A stretch of 64,000 nucleotides of DNA from Fimbriimonadales bacterium (lineage in GTDB: Bacteria; Armatimonadota; Fimbriimonadia; Fimbriimonadales; Fimbriimonadaceae): contig JBBQWO010000007.1 of NCBI GenBank assembly GCA_038210535.1, positions 47,766 through 111,765 on the forward strand. Reading direction: 5' to 3'. Each line of letters begins with the position of its first letter. The stretch's first letter is position 1. The notes under the pieces were generated by a model. The model had not been told where the DNA came from. It did not search any database and saw only the letters and a program-made list of their open reading frames with translations. The position numbers and the translations under genes are program-made. Of the stretch, positions 51,948 through 61,673 are shown one piece after another.

Positions 51948-54440
51948 TCAGAGGCCCCCTGCCAACTGACTGTGCTTCAGGTTGCGCTTCGCGAGACCCT
52001 TCCCGTGAGCCCCAGCTAATGCAGCCGGATAGGGAGTGTGCCAGCCCTTCATTTCATGCCAGATCAGTCGGTTAAGATTGTCTTCGTCCTTCTCCGTTTT
52101 CATGCCGGTGCGTTTGATTGGAATTGTCTTCTTGATTTGTGCCCAATGAAGTGCACTCGGGGAGTTGTCGACTTTCAAGTCTGAATCGTCGAGCGAAAAG
52201 TTGGCCGAACGCGCGGTGTAGGGAGAGAAATCAGCCCGCTCGGTAAAGCAGGAGGTCATGAGTGAGGATGAGGCGTCTCTTTGATTCATGGGTGAGACGC
52301 CGAGAATATGGAGCATTGTCCGGATCACGGATGTCTGATTGTAGAACTCGCTCACCAATGCTTTTCGTTTGGTATAGGGGCTAACCACCAGACAGATCGA
52401 CCGATGCCCATCGACATGGTCAAATCCATTCTGAGGGTCATCTTCGTTGATAAAGATGGCCGTCTTTGGCCAGAAACGGCTTTTGCTAACCTCTTGGACC
52501 AGCCGTCCAATCGCAAGATCGTTATCGGCCATGTGTGCACTTGCCGACACGGGGCCACCGAGGTGGTCCTGTGGCAGGTAGAGAATCGTGAAATTGGGAA
52601 GTCTGCCGTTCTTTTCGAATACCCGAAACTCTCGTAGGAACTCCTCGATACGTGCGACATCGGGAATGTCCATGTTCCAGCCAGGGGTGTCGAGGTTAGA
52701 GTAGCGCCGCAATCGCTCAATGCCAATGTTGTTGGTGAACTTAACGCGTTCGCCGCGCCTGTATGCCGCGAGAACTTCCTTGTAAGACTTCTTTGGTAGG
52801 GTTTCCGAGTAGTTCATCTCGCCGTAGTTTCGGAATGATAAGCCAGCCGCGAGAATGTGGTCCCAGATGAATCCGCTAGAGCTATAGGTGATTGGATCGT
52901 CCCCAAACGTGTAACTACGGTTGAATCCGCCGAACGCCCGCTGAAGGTAGGGAGTGACGTTGCCTTCTGTTGCCCACGAGTGCCCGTCTGCGGAAAGCAC
53001 CCCATTGCAGTAGTAGTTATCAAGCTGCACGAACTCTTGGGCGAGCGCATGATGGTTGGGAGAGTTGATCTCAGGGAAGGTGCAGAGGCTAGGATCGTTG
53101 TCGCCTCTTGGCAGATCGCCGAACATTTGATCGTACGTGCGATTCTCCTTGATCACGTAGATCACATGCTCGATCGTGCTTGGGTCACCCAGGCGCCTGG
53201 GTATCGGTAGAGGCTTGGCGGTTGAGCCAGTTTGCCTCTCCATGGCTCGGAGAATTTGAGTCGTGAAAGCTAGCTCGCGGACCTTGGCGGTCATTGCCTG
53301 CAGATTAGAGGGTGGCTGCAGCTTTTGGATCGATCCCCGATGCTGATGCGAGCTTCTGCCCTTCTGAGCGGGGTCCTTTGTTCGCGATCCGACACCCTTA
53401 TTGTTTGCTACATAGATGTCCTTTCCGTGCACTTGAACAGCGGTGGGGAACCAACCGGTCGGCAGAAATCCTGTTAGAGAAGGTTTGCCGTCGACATTGT
53501 CGATCACGCCCACGGCGTTGTTTCCGGCAAGCGCGACCAAGAGCCTCTCTCCATCCGGTGCTAGAGCCAATGCATTAGGCATGGATCCGAACGGTAGGCG
53601 GAGGTCTGGTTTGATCACCATCTGACGCACCTTGCGATTGAGGTCTCGGTCGATCCAAGAAAGAGTGTCGGAGTTCGCGTCGGCGACGATGACGTGCTTG
53701 GCGGTGACGACCACTTGCGATGGCTGCAGCCCCACGGGAATTGACTCGATGACCGAGGAAGTCGCGAGAGACACGACGGCAACAGTCCCGCTTGCGCCAA
53801 CTCCTCGGTCGTCCACAAGGGTTTCGGTTCCGGCGCTGGGGGCCGTCTTTGCCTTCGTCCCGGGAAGTTCTCCGCCTTGGTTGCTCACATAGGCTGTTTG
53901 CCCATCTTCCGATAGCTGGATGTCATAGGGCGATATGCCAACCCCGATCTCCTTGACGAGTCTTCCTAGGCTCAGGTCAACCACTCCGACTGTATTGTTG
54001 ATGGAGAGGCAAACGTAAGCCGTTTTGCCATCTTTGGCAACGACAACCCCGCAGGGGAACGAATTGCCTTTGCCTCCTGGACCCGGAAGTTCGATGCTGC
54101 GACTCAAGGACCAATTGTTCGCCAGACTCCTGAACTCGTGCAGTTTGTTGGTGCTGCTCGTAAACAGGACGCGCTTCGCGTTCGGGGCTACATCTAGTCC
54201 CCACAGCGACGCACCCTCGGGGCTCGGAACCTTGGCAGTTTCCTGGAGAGTGGATGCGTCTACGATTCGGAGAGCGTCCCGATCCTTTATGAAGAGCGTG
54301 CTCCCGTCGAGAGAAACGCGAAGGTCGACTGGCCGCGATCCGGCGAGCTCCCGGACGACGCCGGCGGGGGCGAGTAGTTGGCCCGACGGCATGAACGAGT
54401 CAGACACTTGTTGAGCCAGCAGCAAGGAAATCAACAGCAT
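51948..54440 (-). CDS. Bifunctional-looking secreted protein: N-terminal YVTN/YncE-type beta-propeller plus C-terminal phosphoesterase (PLC/AcpA family)
   Basis: 830 aa. Propeller repeats such as 'DGKTAYVCLSINNTVGVVDL' and 'DGQTAYVSNQG' are followed by 'IEHVIYVIKENRTYDQMFGDL', typical of the phosphoesterase family. Confidence 0.8.
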   Translation of the reverse strand: MLLISLLLAQQVSDSFMPSGQLLAPAGVVRELAGSRPVDLRVSLDGSTLFIKDRDALRIVDASTLQETAKVPSPEGASLWGLDVAPNAKRVLFTSSTNKLHEFRSLANNWSLSRSIELPGPGGKGNSFPCGVVVAKDGKTAYVCLSINNTVGVVDLSLGRLVKEIGVGISPYDIQLSEDGQTAYVSNQGGELPGTKAKTAPSAGTETLVDDRGVGASGTVAVVSLATSSVIESIPVGLQPSQVVVTAKHVIVADANSDTLSWIDRDLNRKVRQMVIKPDLRLPFGSMPNALALAPDGERLLVALAGNNAVGVIDNVDGKPSLTGFLPTGWFPTAVQVHGKDIYVANNKGVGSRTKDPAQKGRSSHQHRGSIQKLQPPSNLQAMTAKVRELAFTTQILRAMERQTGSTAKPLPIPRRLGDPSTIEHVIYVIKENRTYDQMFGDLPRGDNDPSLCTFPEINSPNHHALAQEFVQLDNYYCNGVLSADGHSWATEGNVTPYLQRAFGGFNRSYTFGDDPITYSSSGFIWDHILAAGLSFRNYGEMNYSETLPKKSYKEVLAAYRRGERVKFTNNIGIERLRRYSNLDTPGWNMDIPDVARIEEFLREFRVFEKNGRLPNFTILYLPQDHLGGPVSASAHMADNDLAIGRLVQEVSKSRFWPKTAIFINEDDPQNGFDHVDGHRSICLVVSPYTKRKALVSEFYNQTSVIRTMLHILGVSPMNQRDASSSLMTSCFTERADFSPYTARSANFSLDDSDLKVDNSPSALHWAQIKKTIPIKRTGMKTEKDEDNLNRLIWHEMKGWHTPYPAALAGAHGKGLAKRNLKHSQLAGGL

Positions 54441-54663
54441 GCCTCTACTATTGCACCGTCAAGTGGGTGATGGTGAAGTTCGCGTCAGAAAGGTTGGAGA
54501 TCTAATACTTTCTCAATTTCGCAAACAACCTCTTAAAATGGGGGCGAAATACTTTGAGCCGGGACAATTCCTATGGTCAAAAAGGCATTCACTCTCACTA
54601 CCGGGTGTAGCCGCAACCATCGGCCATAATTGAGAGCCGGGACGCAGTCGTCCCACCAAAGCA

Positions 54664-56229
54664 ATGACGCCAGCAGGTTGCGCCTTTTTCTCGTCTCTCC
54701 CCGACACTATTTTCGCCGTCGAGCAATTTAGCGGCGATGAATTAATGATGATTCGTACGGCTGAGGAGTTCAGCCGGAACGAAATCCTGCCTGTAGTGGA
54801 ACGCCTCGACCATCAGGAAGAGGGTCTCATGGCGGACCTGATTAGGCGCGCTGGCGATCTAGGGCTGTGCGGTATTGACACTCCTGAAGCCTATGGAGGA
54901 CTTGGGCTCGGCAAGAACCTTTCCGCAAGGATTCTCGAATTTATGAGCCTGAACGGCTCCTTCAGCGTCACTTTTGGCGTCTCGACCGGGATAAGTCAGG
55001 TAGGTCTCGTCCTCTTCGGCACCGAAGAGCAGAAACAGCAGTATTTGCCCCGACTGACGAGTGGCGAATGGATAGGCGCCTATGCGCTCAGCGAGCCCAA
55101 TAGCGGCAGCGACGCGCTCTCCGCCTCGACTCGGGCAGATCTGACGGATGGCCAATACATCTTGAATGGCACCAAGATGTGGATATCAAACGCGAAATGG
55201 GCTGAGTTCTTCCTGACTATGGCGAAAGTGGACGGAGACAAATTCAGCGCGTTCATCGTCGAGCGCTCGCACCCAGGAGTTGTTATCGAGCGCGAAGAGC
55301 ATAAGATGGGCCTGAAGGGATCCTCCACCGCGCGATTGCTTCTCGAGAATGCGGAAGTTCCGGAACAAAATCTGCTGCATCAGGAAGGGCTGGGTCACCA
55401 CGTGGCACTCAATGCTCTCAATCTCGGGCGTTTCAAGCTATCGTCGATGTCCATAGGACCGGCCAGACACGCCATTGAAGTTTCCAGCCACTATGCATTG
55501 GATAGGAAGCAGTTCGGTCAATCGATTTCTGAGTTCGGTCTGATCCAGAAGAAATTCGCGCTAATGGCCGCCCTTTTCTACGCGGCCGAGTCAATGATCT
55601 ACCGAACCGGTGCTTTGATCGACGACGCGTTCGACCAGCACGCCGGCTCCATCGAAGGGAACCGGAAGGCGGCGGAGGAATACGCCGTGGAGTGCAGCAT
55701 GTGCAAAGTATTCGCCACGGAAGCGGAAGGTCTTATCATCGATGAAGCGATGCAGGTCTATGGCGGATATGGGTTCACGGAAGAATTTCCGATCGCTCGC
55801 CACTACCGAGACGCGCGGGTAAGCAAAATCTATGAGGGGACCAATGAGATTAACCGCCTGTTCATTGCAGATCGTCTCTCACGCAGAATCAAGGAGGGCC
55901 GAGCCAGTGGGGAAGGGCTGGCGGACAGCTTTATTGCTCAACTGGCAACCGACGCATTCGCAACCTCGCCGAAGGATCAGATTCGCTTGGGAGCGGTCTC
56001 TGACCTCCTGATACTGAGCTACGCGGAACAGTCTGCAAGGCTCCGAGCCGAGCAAGTCGGAAGCATGGCAAAGGATCTCTACCAGTGCTTGCTTCCGTGG
56101 CTCAATGCCAAAGCAGCAGAGGCGTATCAGACGGCGACCGCTCGGTCAGTAACGTTGCCTCTGACCGAGGTGCCCGACTGGGAAGGCATCGCGAAGAGGG
56201 TGTACAAGAAAGGTGGACCCCTCTCGTAG
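54664..56229 (+). CDS. Acyl-CoA dehydrogenase family protein with a C-terminal extension
   Basis: 521 aa. It has 'EAYGGLGLG', 'YALSEPNSGSDA', 'GTKMWISNA' and 'QVYGGYGFTEEFPIARHYRDARVSKIYEGTNEI'. Confidence 0.85.
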   Translation: MTPAGCAFFSSLPDTIFAVEQFSGDELMMIRTAEEFSRNEILPVVERLDHQEEGLMADLIRRAGDLGLCGIDTPEAYGGLGLGKNLSARILEFMSLNGSFSVTFGVSTGISQVGLVLFGTEEQKQQYLPRLTSGEWIGAYALSEPNSGSDALSASTRADLTDGQYILNGTKMWISNAKWAEFFLTMAKVDGDKFSAFIVERSHPGVVIEREEHKMGLKGSSTARLLLENAEVPEQNLLHQEGLGHHVALNALNLGRFKLSSMSIGPARHAIEVSSHYALDRKQFGQSISEFGLIQKKFALMAALFYAAESMIYRTGALIDDAFDQHAGSIEGNRKAAEEYAVECSMCKVFATEAEGLIIDEAMQVYGGYGFTEEFPIARHYRDARVSKIYEGTNEINRLFIADRLSRRIKEGRASGEGLADSFIAQLATDAFATSPKDQIRLGAVSDLLILSYAEQSARLRAEQVGSMAKDLYQCLLPWLNAKAAEAYQTATARSVTLPLTEVPDWEGIAKRVYKKGGPLS

Positions 56230-56275
56230 CTCCGGTTGAAACCTAGCCCCTAGTTGCTCTCATTGCTCCACGATT

Positions 56276-58213
56276 TTAGCCCTTGGTTGACGGTACGCTC
56301 GGCCCGGAAATCTTAGCGGGAGGGGGAATGAGCGGTAGCCAGACTTCCATCGCGCCCGCCTTCCGATTATCCCAATAGCCATAGGGAACTAGCGTTGCTT
56401 TTACCTTCTTGGCGACCTTGAGAGGCTGGTAGAGAGTGCGATCCCAGTTGGGGGGTGCCACGCTTTCAGCTTGCGCGTCAATGACCACTACGCCGCCCAG
56501 AACGTCTTTGCGATACGAAGGCTTAAAGGAGGTCCCTCGCGGAAGAACGAGATCGGCGATCGGGGAGGTGTTGTCCACTTGCTCTGCGCAATAGATCAGT
56601 GGACCGCGTTGTACCGCGGTGCGTCCGCGATCATCTTGCGCACTAGGGTGGGCCTCCATCTGAAGCGCAGGCATTGGCAGATCGAGGCTTACGGTATCTC
56701 CTTTTCGCCATGGACCGCTCAAAACGAAGTATCCCTTTTCCAGCGCAGGGGAAGGCATCTTCTTGCCGTTGATGGCAAGTGACGCACCTTGCGCCCAGCC
56801 GGGATTTCTGAGGCGAAGCCCTGCTTTCGACGGTGCGCCAAAGGTCATTGAAATCCGGCCATCCCAAGGGTAGTCCGTCTTGACGCTCAACTTCATCGGC
56901 TCGTTTGCAACCGTCGTATTCAGGTCGCCGCCTACGTAGAGGTTGACGACTAACTGCTTGTTAGATCTGGCATAGACGTAGCCTCCGAGTGAAGCGATCG
57001 TACGCAAGACGTTTGGAGGACAGCATGCGCAAGTGAACCACTTGGAGCGATGGTGATTGCCTTGGCTGGCGAGTGGATTGACGTAGAAGAAGCTTTTACC
57101 ATCGAGTGCTACTCCGCTGAGCATGCCGTTGTAGAGGGCCATCTCAACCGAGTCGACGTATTTTGCGTCGCCAAACAGAAGCGCCATCCGCTGTCCCCAC
57201 TGAGCCATCGCGATTGACGCGCAGGTCTCTTGGTAAGCGGTCAGAGTTGGCAGATCGTAATCGACGGTAAAGCCTTCGTTGCTTCGGCTCGGACCGATCC
57301 CTCCGGTGATAAAGATGCGCTTCTCGATGGCGTTTCGCCAAACGCGGTTCAGCATGCTGATCATTTCAGGGTCTTGGGTTTCGCGGGCAAGATCTGCGGC
57401 ACCCGCAAGCAGGTAGGCGGCTCGCACTGCGTGCCCCTTGATCTCCTTGTGCTCGTGAATGGGAACATCATCCAGCCAATAGGTGCCGTTGTATCGCTCT
57501 AGGGGTGTTTTGTGCTCCGCCGCAAAGAAATGGGTACCCCGCATCTCCACCATCTTTTTGCTCAAGGCAAACCAGCGGTCGTCCTCAGTTTCCTTCCAGA
57601 GCTTGAAAAGCGCAACTTCGAGCTCGGGATGGCCCGGATAGCCGGGTTCGCCATTGGGACCATATCGCTCGTCGATTAAAGAGGCGAATCGTACTGCAAT
57701 GTCGAGAAAGTTTCTCTTGCCGGTTGCCTTGTGGTGAGCCACCGCGGCTTCGATCATGTGGCCCGCGCAGTACAGCTCATGGTCGTCTCGCAGGTTTTTC
57801 CATCGCCCTTCAGGCCGGTTGACCTGGTGCCAGGTGTTCAGATACCCATCCTTCATCTGGACTGATGCAATGAGGGCAATCAGCTCGTCGGTGCGCTTGT
57901 CCAATTTCGGATCTGGGTGTGTCGCGAGTGTATAGGACACGCCCTCAAGCACCTTGTAAAGGTCAGAATCTGTAAAGATCAGGCCTTTATAGCCAGCTCG
58001 CTTTCCTTCTGCGGCCAGACGCATGACCAGGTAGTTGCCGGCCTCTTCGAGCTGCTGCAGGCTGTGTTCGACCGTGGCCGTTCGATTGACTTCCTGCCTT
58101 GGCTGCCAGAAACGATCCTTGATCCGAACGTCGGTGAAGGGTATCGGGTCATATTTGACCAAGTCAGCCTGTGCAGAGGATAAGGCAATGGCCGCGAGCG
58201 TCGCCGTAATCAT
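56276..58213 (-). CDS. GH127 (DUF1680) beta-L-arabinofuranosidase family, secreted paralog
   Basis: 645 aa with signal peptide 'MITATLAAIALSSAQA'. It has 'FTDSDLYKVLEG', 'AGHMIEAAVA' and 'FTCACCPPNVLRT'. Confidence 0.85.
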   Translation of the reverse strand: MITATLAAIALSSAQADLVKYDPIPFTDVRIKDRFWQPRQEVNRTATVEHSLQQLEEAGNYLVMRLAAEGKRAGYKGLIFTDSDLYKVLEGVSYTLATHPDPKLDKRTDELIALIASVQMKDGYLNTWHQVNRPEGRWKNLRDDHELYCAGHMIEAAVAHHKATGKRNFLDIAVRFASLIDERYGPNGEPGYPGHPELEVALFKLWKETEDDRWFALSKKMVEMRGTHFFAAEHKTPLERYNGTYWLDDVPIHEHKEIKGHAVRAAYLLAGAADLARETQDPEMISMLNRVWRNAIEKRIFITGGIGPSRSNEGFTVDYDLPTLTAYQETCASIAMAQWGQRMALLFGDAKYVDSVEMALYNGMLSGVALDGKSFFYVNPLASQGNHHRSKWFTCACCPPNVLRTIASLGGYVYARSNKQLVVNLYVGGDLNTTVANEPMKLSVKTDYPWDGRISMTFGAPSKAGLRLRNPGWAQGASLAINGKKMPSPALEKGYFVLSGPWRKGDTVSLDLPMPALQMEAHPSAQDDRGRTAVQRGPLIYCAEQVDNTSPIADLVLPRGTSFKPSYRKDVLGGVVVIDAQAESVAPPNWDRTLYQPLKVAKKVKATLVPYGYWDNRKAGAMEVWLPLIPPPAKISGPSVPSTKG

Positions 58214-58245
58214 TGCTAGACATTATGGACGAGCTATTTGAGAAG

Positions 58246-58277
58246 AGGCACCTCACTACTCACGTAACGAGGTGCCT
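58246..58277 (-). terminator. Hairpin downstream of ppdK
   Basis: AGGCACCTC (58246-54) pairs with GAGGTGCCT (58269-77), with a 14-nt loop. Confidence 0.45.
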
Positions 58278-58284
58278 TGATGAC

Positions 58285-60975
58285 CTACTTGTCGATTGCG
58301 ACTTTAACCTTATCTCGAATCGCTGCCTGTGCAGCGGCGAGTCTCGCAATGGGAACTCGGAATGGTGAGCAGGACACGTAATCCAGACCTAATTCGTGGC
58401 AGAAGTAGATGGATTCCGGATCGCCGCCATGCTCTCCGCAGATTCCGCATTTAAGACCTGGCCTCGCGGCGCGACCTTCCTCTACCGACATCCGCATAAG
58501 CCTGCCGACGCCGGTGGTGTCCAATGTCTCGAAGGGGTTTCTCGTCAGAATTTTCTGCTCGACATAGCGGCCCAGGAACTTGCCCTCGGCGTCGTCTCGG
58601 CTGAAGCCGAACGTCGTTTGCGTTAGGTCGTTCGTGCCAAAGGAGAAAAACTGCGCATACTGCGCGATCTCTCCCGACGTGAGTGCCGCTCGGGGAATTT
58701 CGATCATCGTGCCGAAGGTGTACGGAACTTCGACGCCCTGCTCTTCGACGATCGATTTTGCCTCCGCCTCCAATTGGCTCTGGACCACTCGCAGCTCGTT
58801 CACCGTGCTGACCAGCGGGATCATGATTTCAGGAAGGACTTTGATGCCTTGCTTCGTTAGCTTGGCCGCTGCCTGGAGAATCGCGCGGGTTTGCATCACT
58901 ACGATGCTGGGGAACATGATTGAGAGTCGCACGCCTCGAAGGCCGAGCATCGGATTCGACTCCGCCATCGCCTCCACCGCGTGGAGAACCTTCATCTTCT
59001 CTTCAAGCTGGGCCGAGAGATCGCCGTGCCCAAGACTGATCCTGGTTTTAAGCTCGGTTGTCTCGCGCACCAACTGCTCGTGGTTCGGAAGAAACTCATG
59101 GAGCGGTGGATCGATCAATCGGACGGTCACTGGGAGCCCGTCCATGGCCTCAAAAATGCCCTCGAAGTCCGCTTGCTGGAACACCAGCAGTCGGTCCAGC
59201 ATTTCTTGGCGAACCTTCTCGTCCTTCGTGAGAATCATCTCTTGCACGAGAGGGAGCCGATCTGCCTCGAAGAACATATGCTCGGTTCGGCAGAGTCCGA
59301 TTCCCTCGGCACCGAATTCAAGTGCCTGTCGTGCGTCCCGAGGATTGTCTGCATTGGCGCGGACTTTCATGGTGCGAGCCTCATCCGCCCATTCCATCAA
59401 CGTGCCGAAGTAGCCGCTGACAGCGGGAGGAATTAAGGGCAACGTCTGCAAATAGACGTCTCCGGTAGAACCGTTAATCGCGATGATATCGCCTTCATAG
59501 ATCGTCTTGTCCCCGATTTTCATCGTCTTGTTATGGACATTGACGGTGGCGGCCTCACAGCCGGCGACGCAGGGCAAGCCGAAGCCTCGGGCAACCACCG
59601 CGGCATGCGAAGTCTTGCCGCCGCGAGCGGTCAGGATTCCTTGGGCGGCGAGCATTCCATGCACGTCATCCGGGTTCGTCTCGTCGCGAACGAGAATGAC
59701 TTTCTCGCCGGAGTGGCCGATTTTCTCGGCGGTATTGGCGTCGAAAACTGCCTTGCCAACCGCTGCACCGGGGGAAGCGGCCAAACCGCGGGCTGCCGCC
59801 ATGATGCCGTTCGCTTCGATAAAGTCCTCATCAAAGCGAGGGTGGAGAAGCTGATCCAAGTGACTGGCAGACACACGCTGCAGAGCCGTTCCTTTGTCGA
59901 CCAGACCTTCTTGAACCATCTCAACTGCCATTCGCACGGCTGCATGCCCCGTGCGCTTGCCGACTCGGCATTGGAGCATGAACAGGCGTCCCCGCTCGAT
60001 CGTGAACTCGAGGTCCTGCATGTCCTTGTAGTGGTGCTCGAGCCGTTGGCCGATTGCCACGAACTCGTCATATACGCGCTCGTTTTGCTCTTTGAGTTCT
60101 AGGATGGACACGGGTGTGCGAACCCCTGCGACGACATCCTCGCCCTGGGCATTCATCAAGAACTCGCCGTATAGGTAGTTCTCGCCGGTCGAGGGGTCAC
60201 GGGTAAAGGCGACGCCGGTGCCGCAATCGTCGCCCAGATTGCCGAACACCATGGCTTGGATATTGACGGCTGTTCCGATCTCATCAGGAATTTTTTCAGT
60301 CCGACGATAGACGATGGCGCGGTCGTTGTTCCAAGAGCGGAAGACGGCTTCGATTGAAAGTTCAAGCTGTGCCCACGGATCTTGCGGGAAGGGCTTGCCG
60401 GTCTCCTTTTCGACGATGCCAAGGAATTCTTGGGAAACCGCGCGAAGATCGGCGGCGTCCAGGTCGAGGTCACCCTTGACCCCCTTTGCCTTCTTGGCGG
60501 CATCGAATGCGTGCTCGAAATCGTGCTTGTTCACGCCGAGGACGACGCTGCCGAACATCATGATGAAGCGCCGATAGGCGTCGAATACAAAGCGCTCGTT
60601 GCCGCTTTGTGCGATCATGCCTGGGATGGTGGTCTCGTTGAGGCCCAGGTTCAAGATCGTGTCCATCATGCCGGGCATCGAGAACTTCGAGCCGGAGCGG
60701 ACGGAAACGAGTAACGGATTCTGAGCGTCTCCGAAACCCTTGCCCTGATCGCGTTCCACGTCAGCGACGGCGACGCGAACTTCGGCCATCAGCTCTCCGG
60801 GAAGTCTTCGACCTTCCTCGTAATACTCGGTACAGACTTCGGTGGTGACAGTGAATCCAGCGGGGACGGGAAGGCCGATATTGGACATCTCGGCGAGGTT
60901 TGCACCCTTGCCACCGAGTAAGTCTCGCATCGACGCATTCCCCTCTCTGAAGAGGTAGACGCGCTTATTGCTCAT
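58285..60975 (-). CDS. ppdK: Pyruvate, phosphate dikinase
   Basis: I prefer ATG 60975 ('MSNKRVYLFREGNASMRDLLGGKGANLAEM'), which has AGGAGAA upstream. The phosphohistidine loop 'GGKTSHAAVVARGFG' and the C-terminal PEP-utilising domain 'GICGEHGGDP' are present. Confidence 0.95.
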   Translation of the reverse strand: MSNKRVYLFREGNASMRDLLGGKGANLAEMSNIGLPVPAGFTVTTEVCTEYYEEGRRLPGELMAEVRVAVADVERDQGKGFGDAQNPLLVSVRSGSKFSMPGMMDTILNLGLNETTIPGMIAQSGNERFVFDAYRRFIMMFGSVVLGVNKHDFEHAFDAAKKAKGVKGDLDLDAADLRAVSQEFLGIVEKETGKPFPQDPWAQLELSIEAVFRSWNNDRAIVYRRTEKIPDEIGTAVNIQAMVFGNLGDDCGTGVAFTRDPSTGENYLYGEFLMNAQGEDVVAGVRTPVSILELKEQNERVYDEFVAIGQRLEHHYKDMQDLEFTIERGRLFMLQCRVGKRTGHAAVRMAVEMVQEGLVDKGTALQRVSASHLDQLLHPRFDEDFIEANGIMAAARGLAASPGAAVGKAVFDANTAEKIGHSGEKVILVRDETNPDDVHGMLAAQGILTARGGKTSHAAVVARGFGLPCVAGCEAATVNVHNKTMKIGDKTIYEGDIIAINGSTGDVYLQTLPLIPPAVSGYFGTLMEWADEARTMKVRANADNPRDARQALEFGAEGIGLCRTEHMFFEADRLPLVQEMILTKDEKVRQEMLDRLLVFQQADFEGIFEAMDGLPVTVRLIDPPLHEFLPNHEQLVRETTELKTRISLGHGDLSAQLEEKMKVLHAVEAMAESNPMLGLRGVRLSIMFPSIVVMQTRAILQAAAKLTKQGIKVLPEIMIPLVSTVNELRVVQSQLEAEAKSIVEEQGVEVPYTFGTMIEIPRAALTSGEIAQYAQFFSFGTNDLTQTTFGFSRDDAEGKFLGRYVEQKILTRNPFETLDTTGVGRLMRMSVEEGRAARPGLKCGICGEHGGDPESIYFCHELGLDYVSCSPFRVPIARLAAAQAAIRDKVKVAIDK

Positions 60976-61162
60976 GAAAGACGATTGTTCTCCTGGGAAT
61001 CGATTGGTATCGCCAGTCGGGAGCGGCATCGTCGGCGCCCTCGGTTGGTTTGCTTCAGGGGAGTGTACCCATGGCCTTTCAGGGCATGGCACCTTCCCTG
61101 GTGGGTCTTCGCCTCAGAGCGGTCGCCCTCGCAGCGGCCCAGAGACGCATACTTGAACTGCA

Positions 61163-61606
61163 ATGCGAACGGCAATCGAAATTACCGATGGGGTGGACCG
61201 GGTCGATTTTGAGCTTGTCCATAGCTGGCTCAAGAACAGCTATTGGAGCCCCGGAATGCCGCTCGAGAAAGTTCGCCGAGCCGCAAAGGGAAGCTCACTC
61301 GTGGTGAGCGCACACGACTCCGGCATCCAGATCGGTTATCTGCGCGTCATTAGTGATCGCGCCACCTTCGCCTGGATCGCCGACGTTTATGTCGATGAGG
61401 AACACCGAGGAAAGGGCATCGCAAGAGCGATGGTGCAATACGCTCAGGCGCACGCCGACCATTTGGGACTGAGGAGGTGGGTCCTCGCGACTAAAGATGC
61501 GTATCGCGTTTATGAAACCTGCGGCTTTGGGCCACTGGAGGAGCCGCATCGATGGATGATTCACTTTCCCCAAGCACCGCCAGCTCAAGATTCAGGGGAG
61601 ATTTAG
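61163..61606 (+). CDS. GNAT-family N-acetyltransferase
   Basis: 147 aa. 'IADVYVDEEHRGKGIARAMV' is the acetyl-CoA-binding motif A. Confidence 0.75.
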   Translation: MRTAIEITDGVDRVDFELVHSWLKNSYWSPGMPLEKVRRAAKGSSLVVSAHDSGIQIGYLRVISDRATFAWIADVYVDEEHRGKGIARAMVQYAQAHADHLGLRRWVLATKDAYRVYETCGFGPLEEPHRWMIHFPQAPPAQDSGEI

Positions 61607-61673
61607 GTCGGAGCAAAAGATCGGTGTACAATAAACCCGCCTTGACAGCACTCCGAAGTCCAAGGAGGGAGCA

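Noticed and set aside
58580-59413. 277-aa plus-strand ORF, plus several others across 58396-60714
   Set aside because: They are antisense to ppdK and have Ser/Arg-rich shadow composition.
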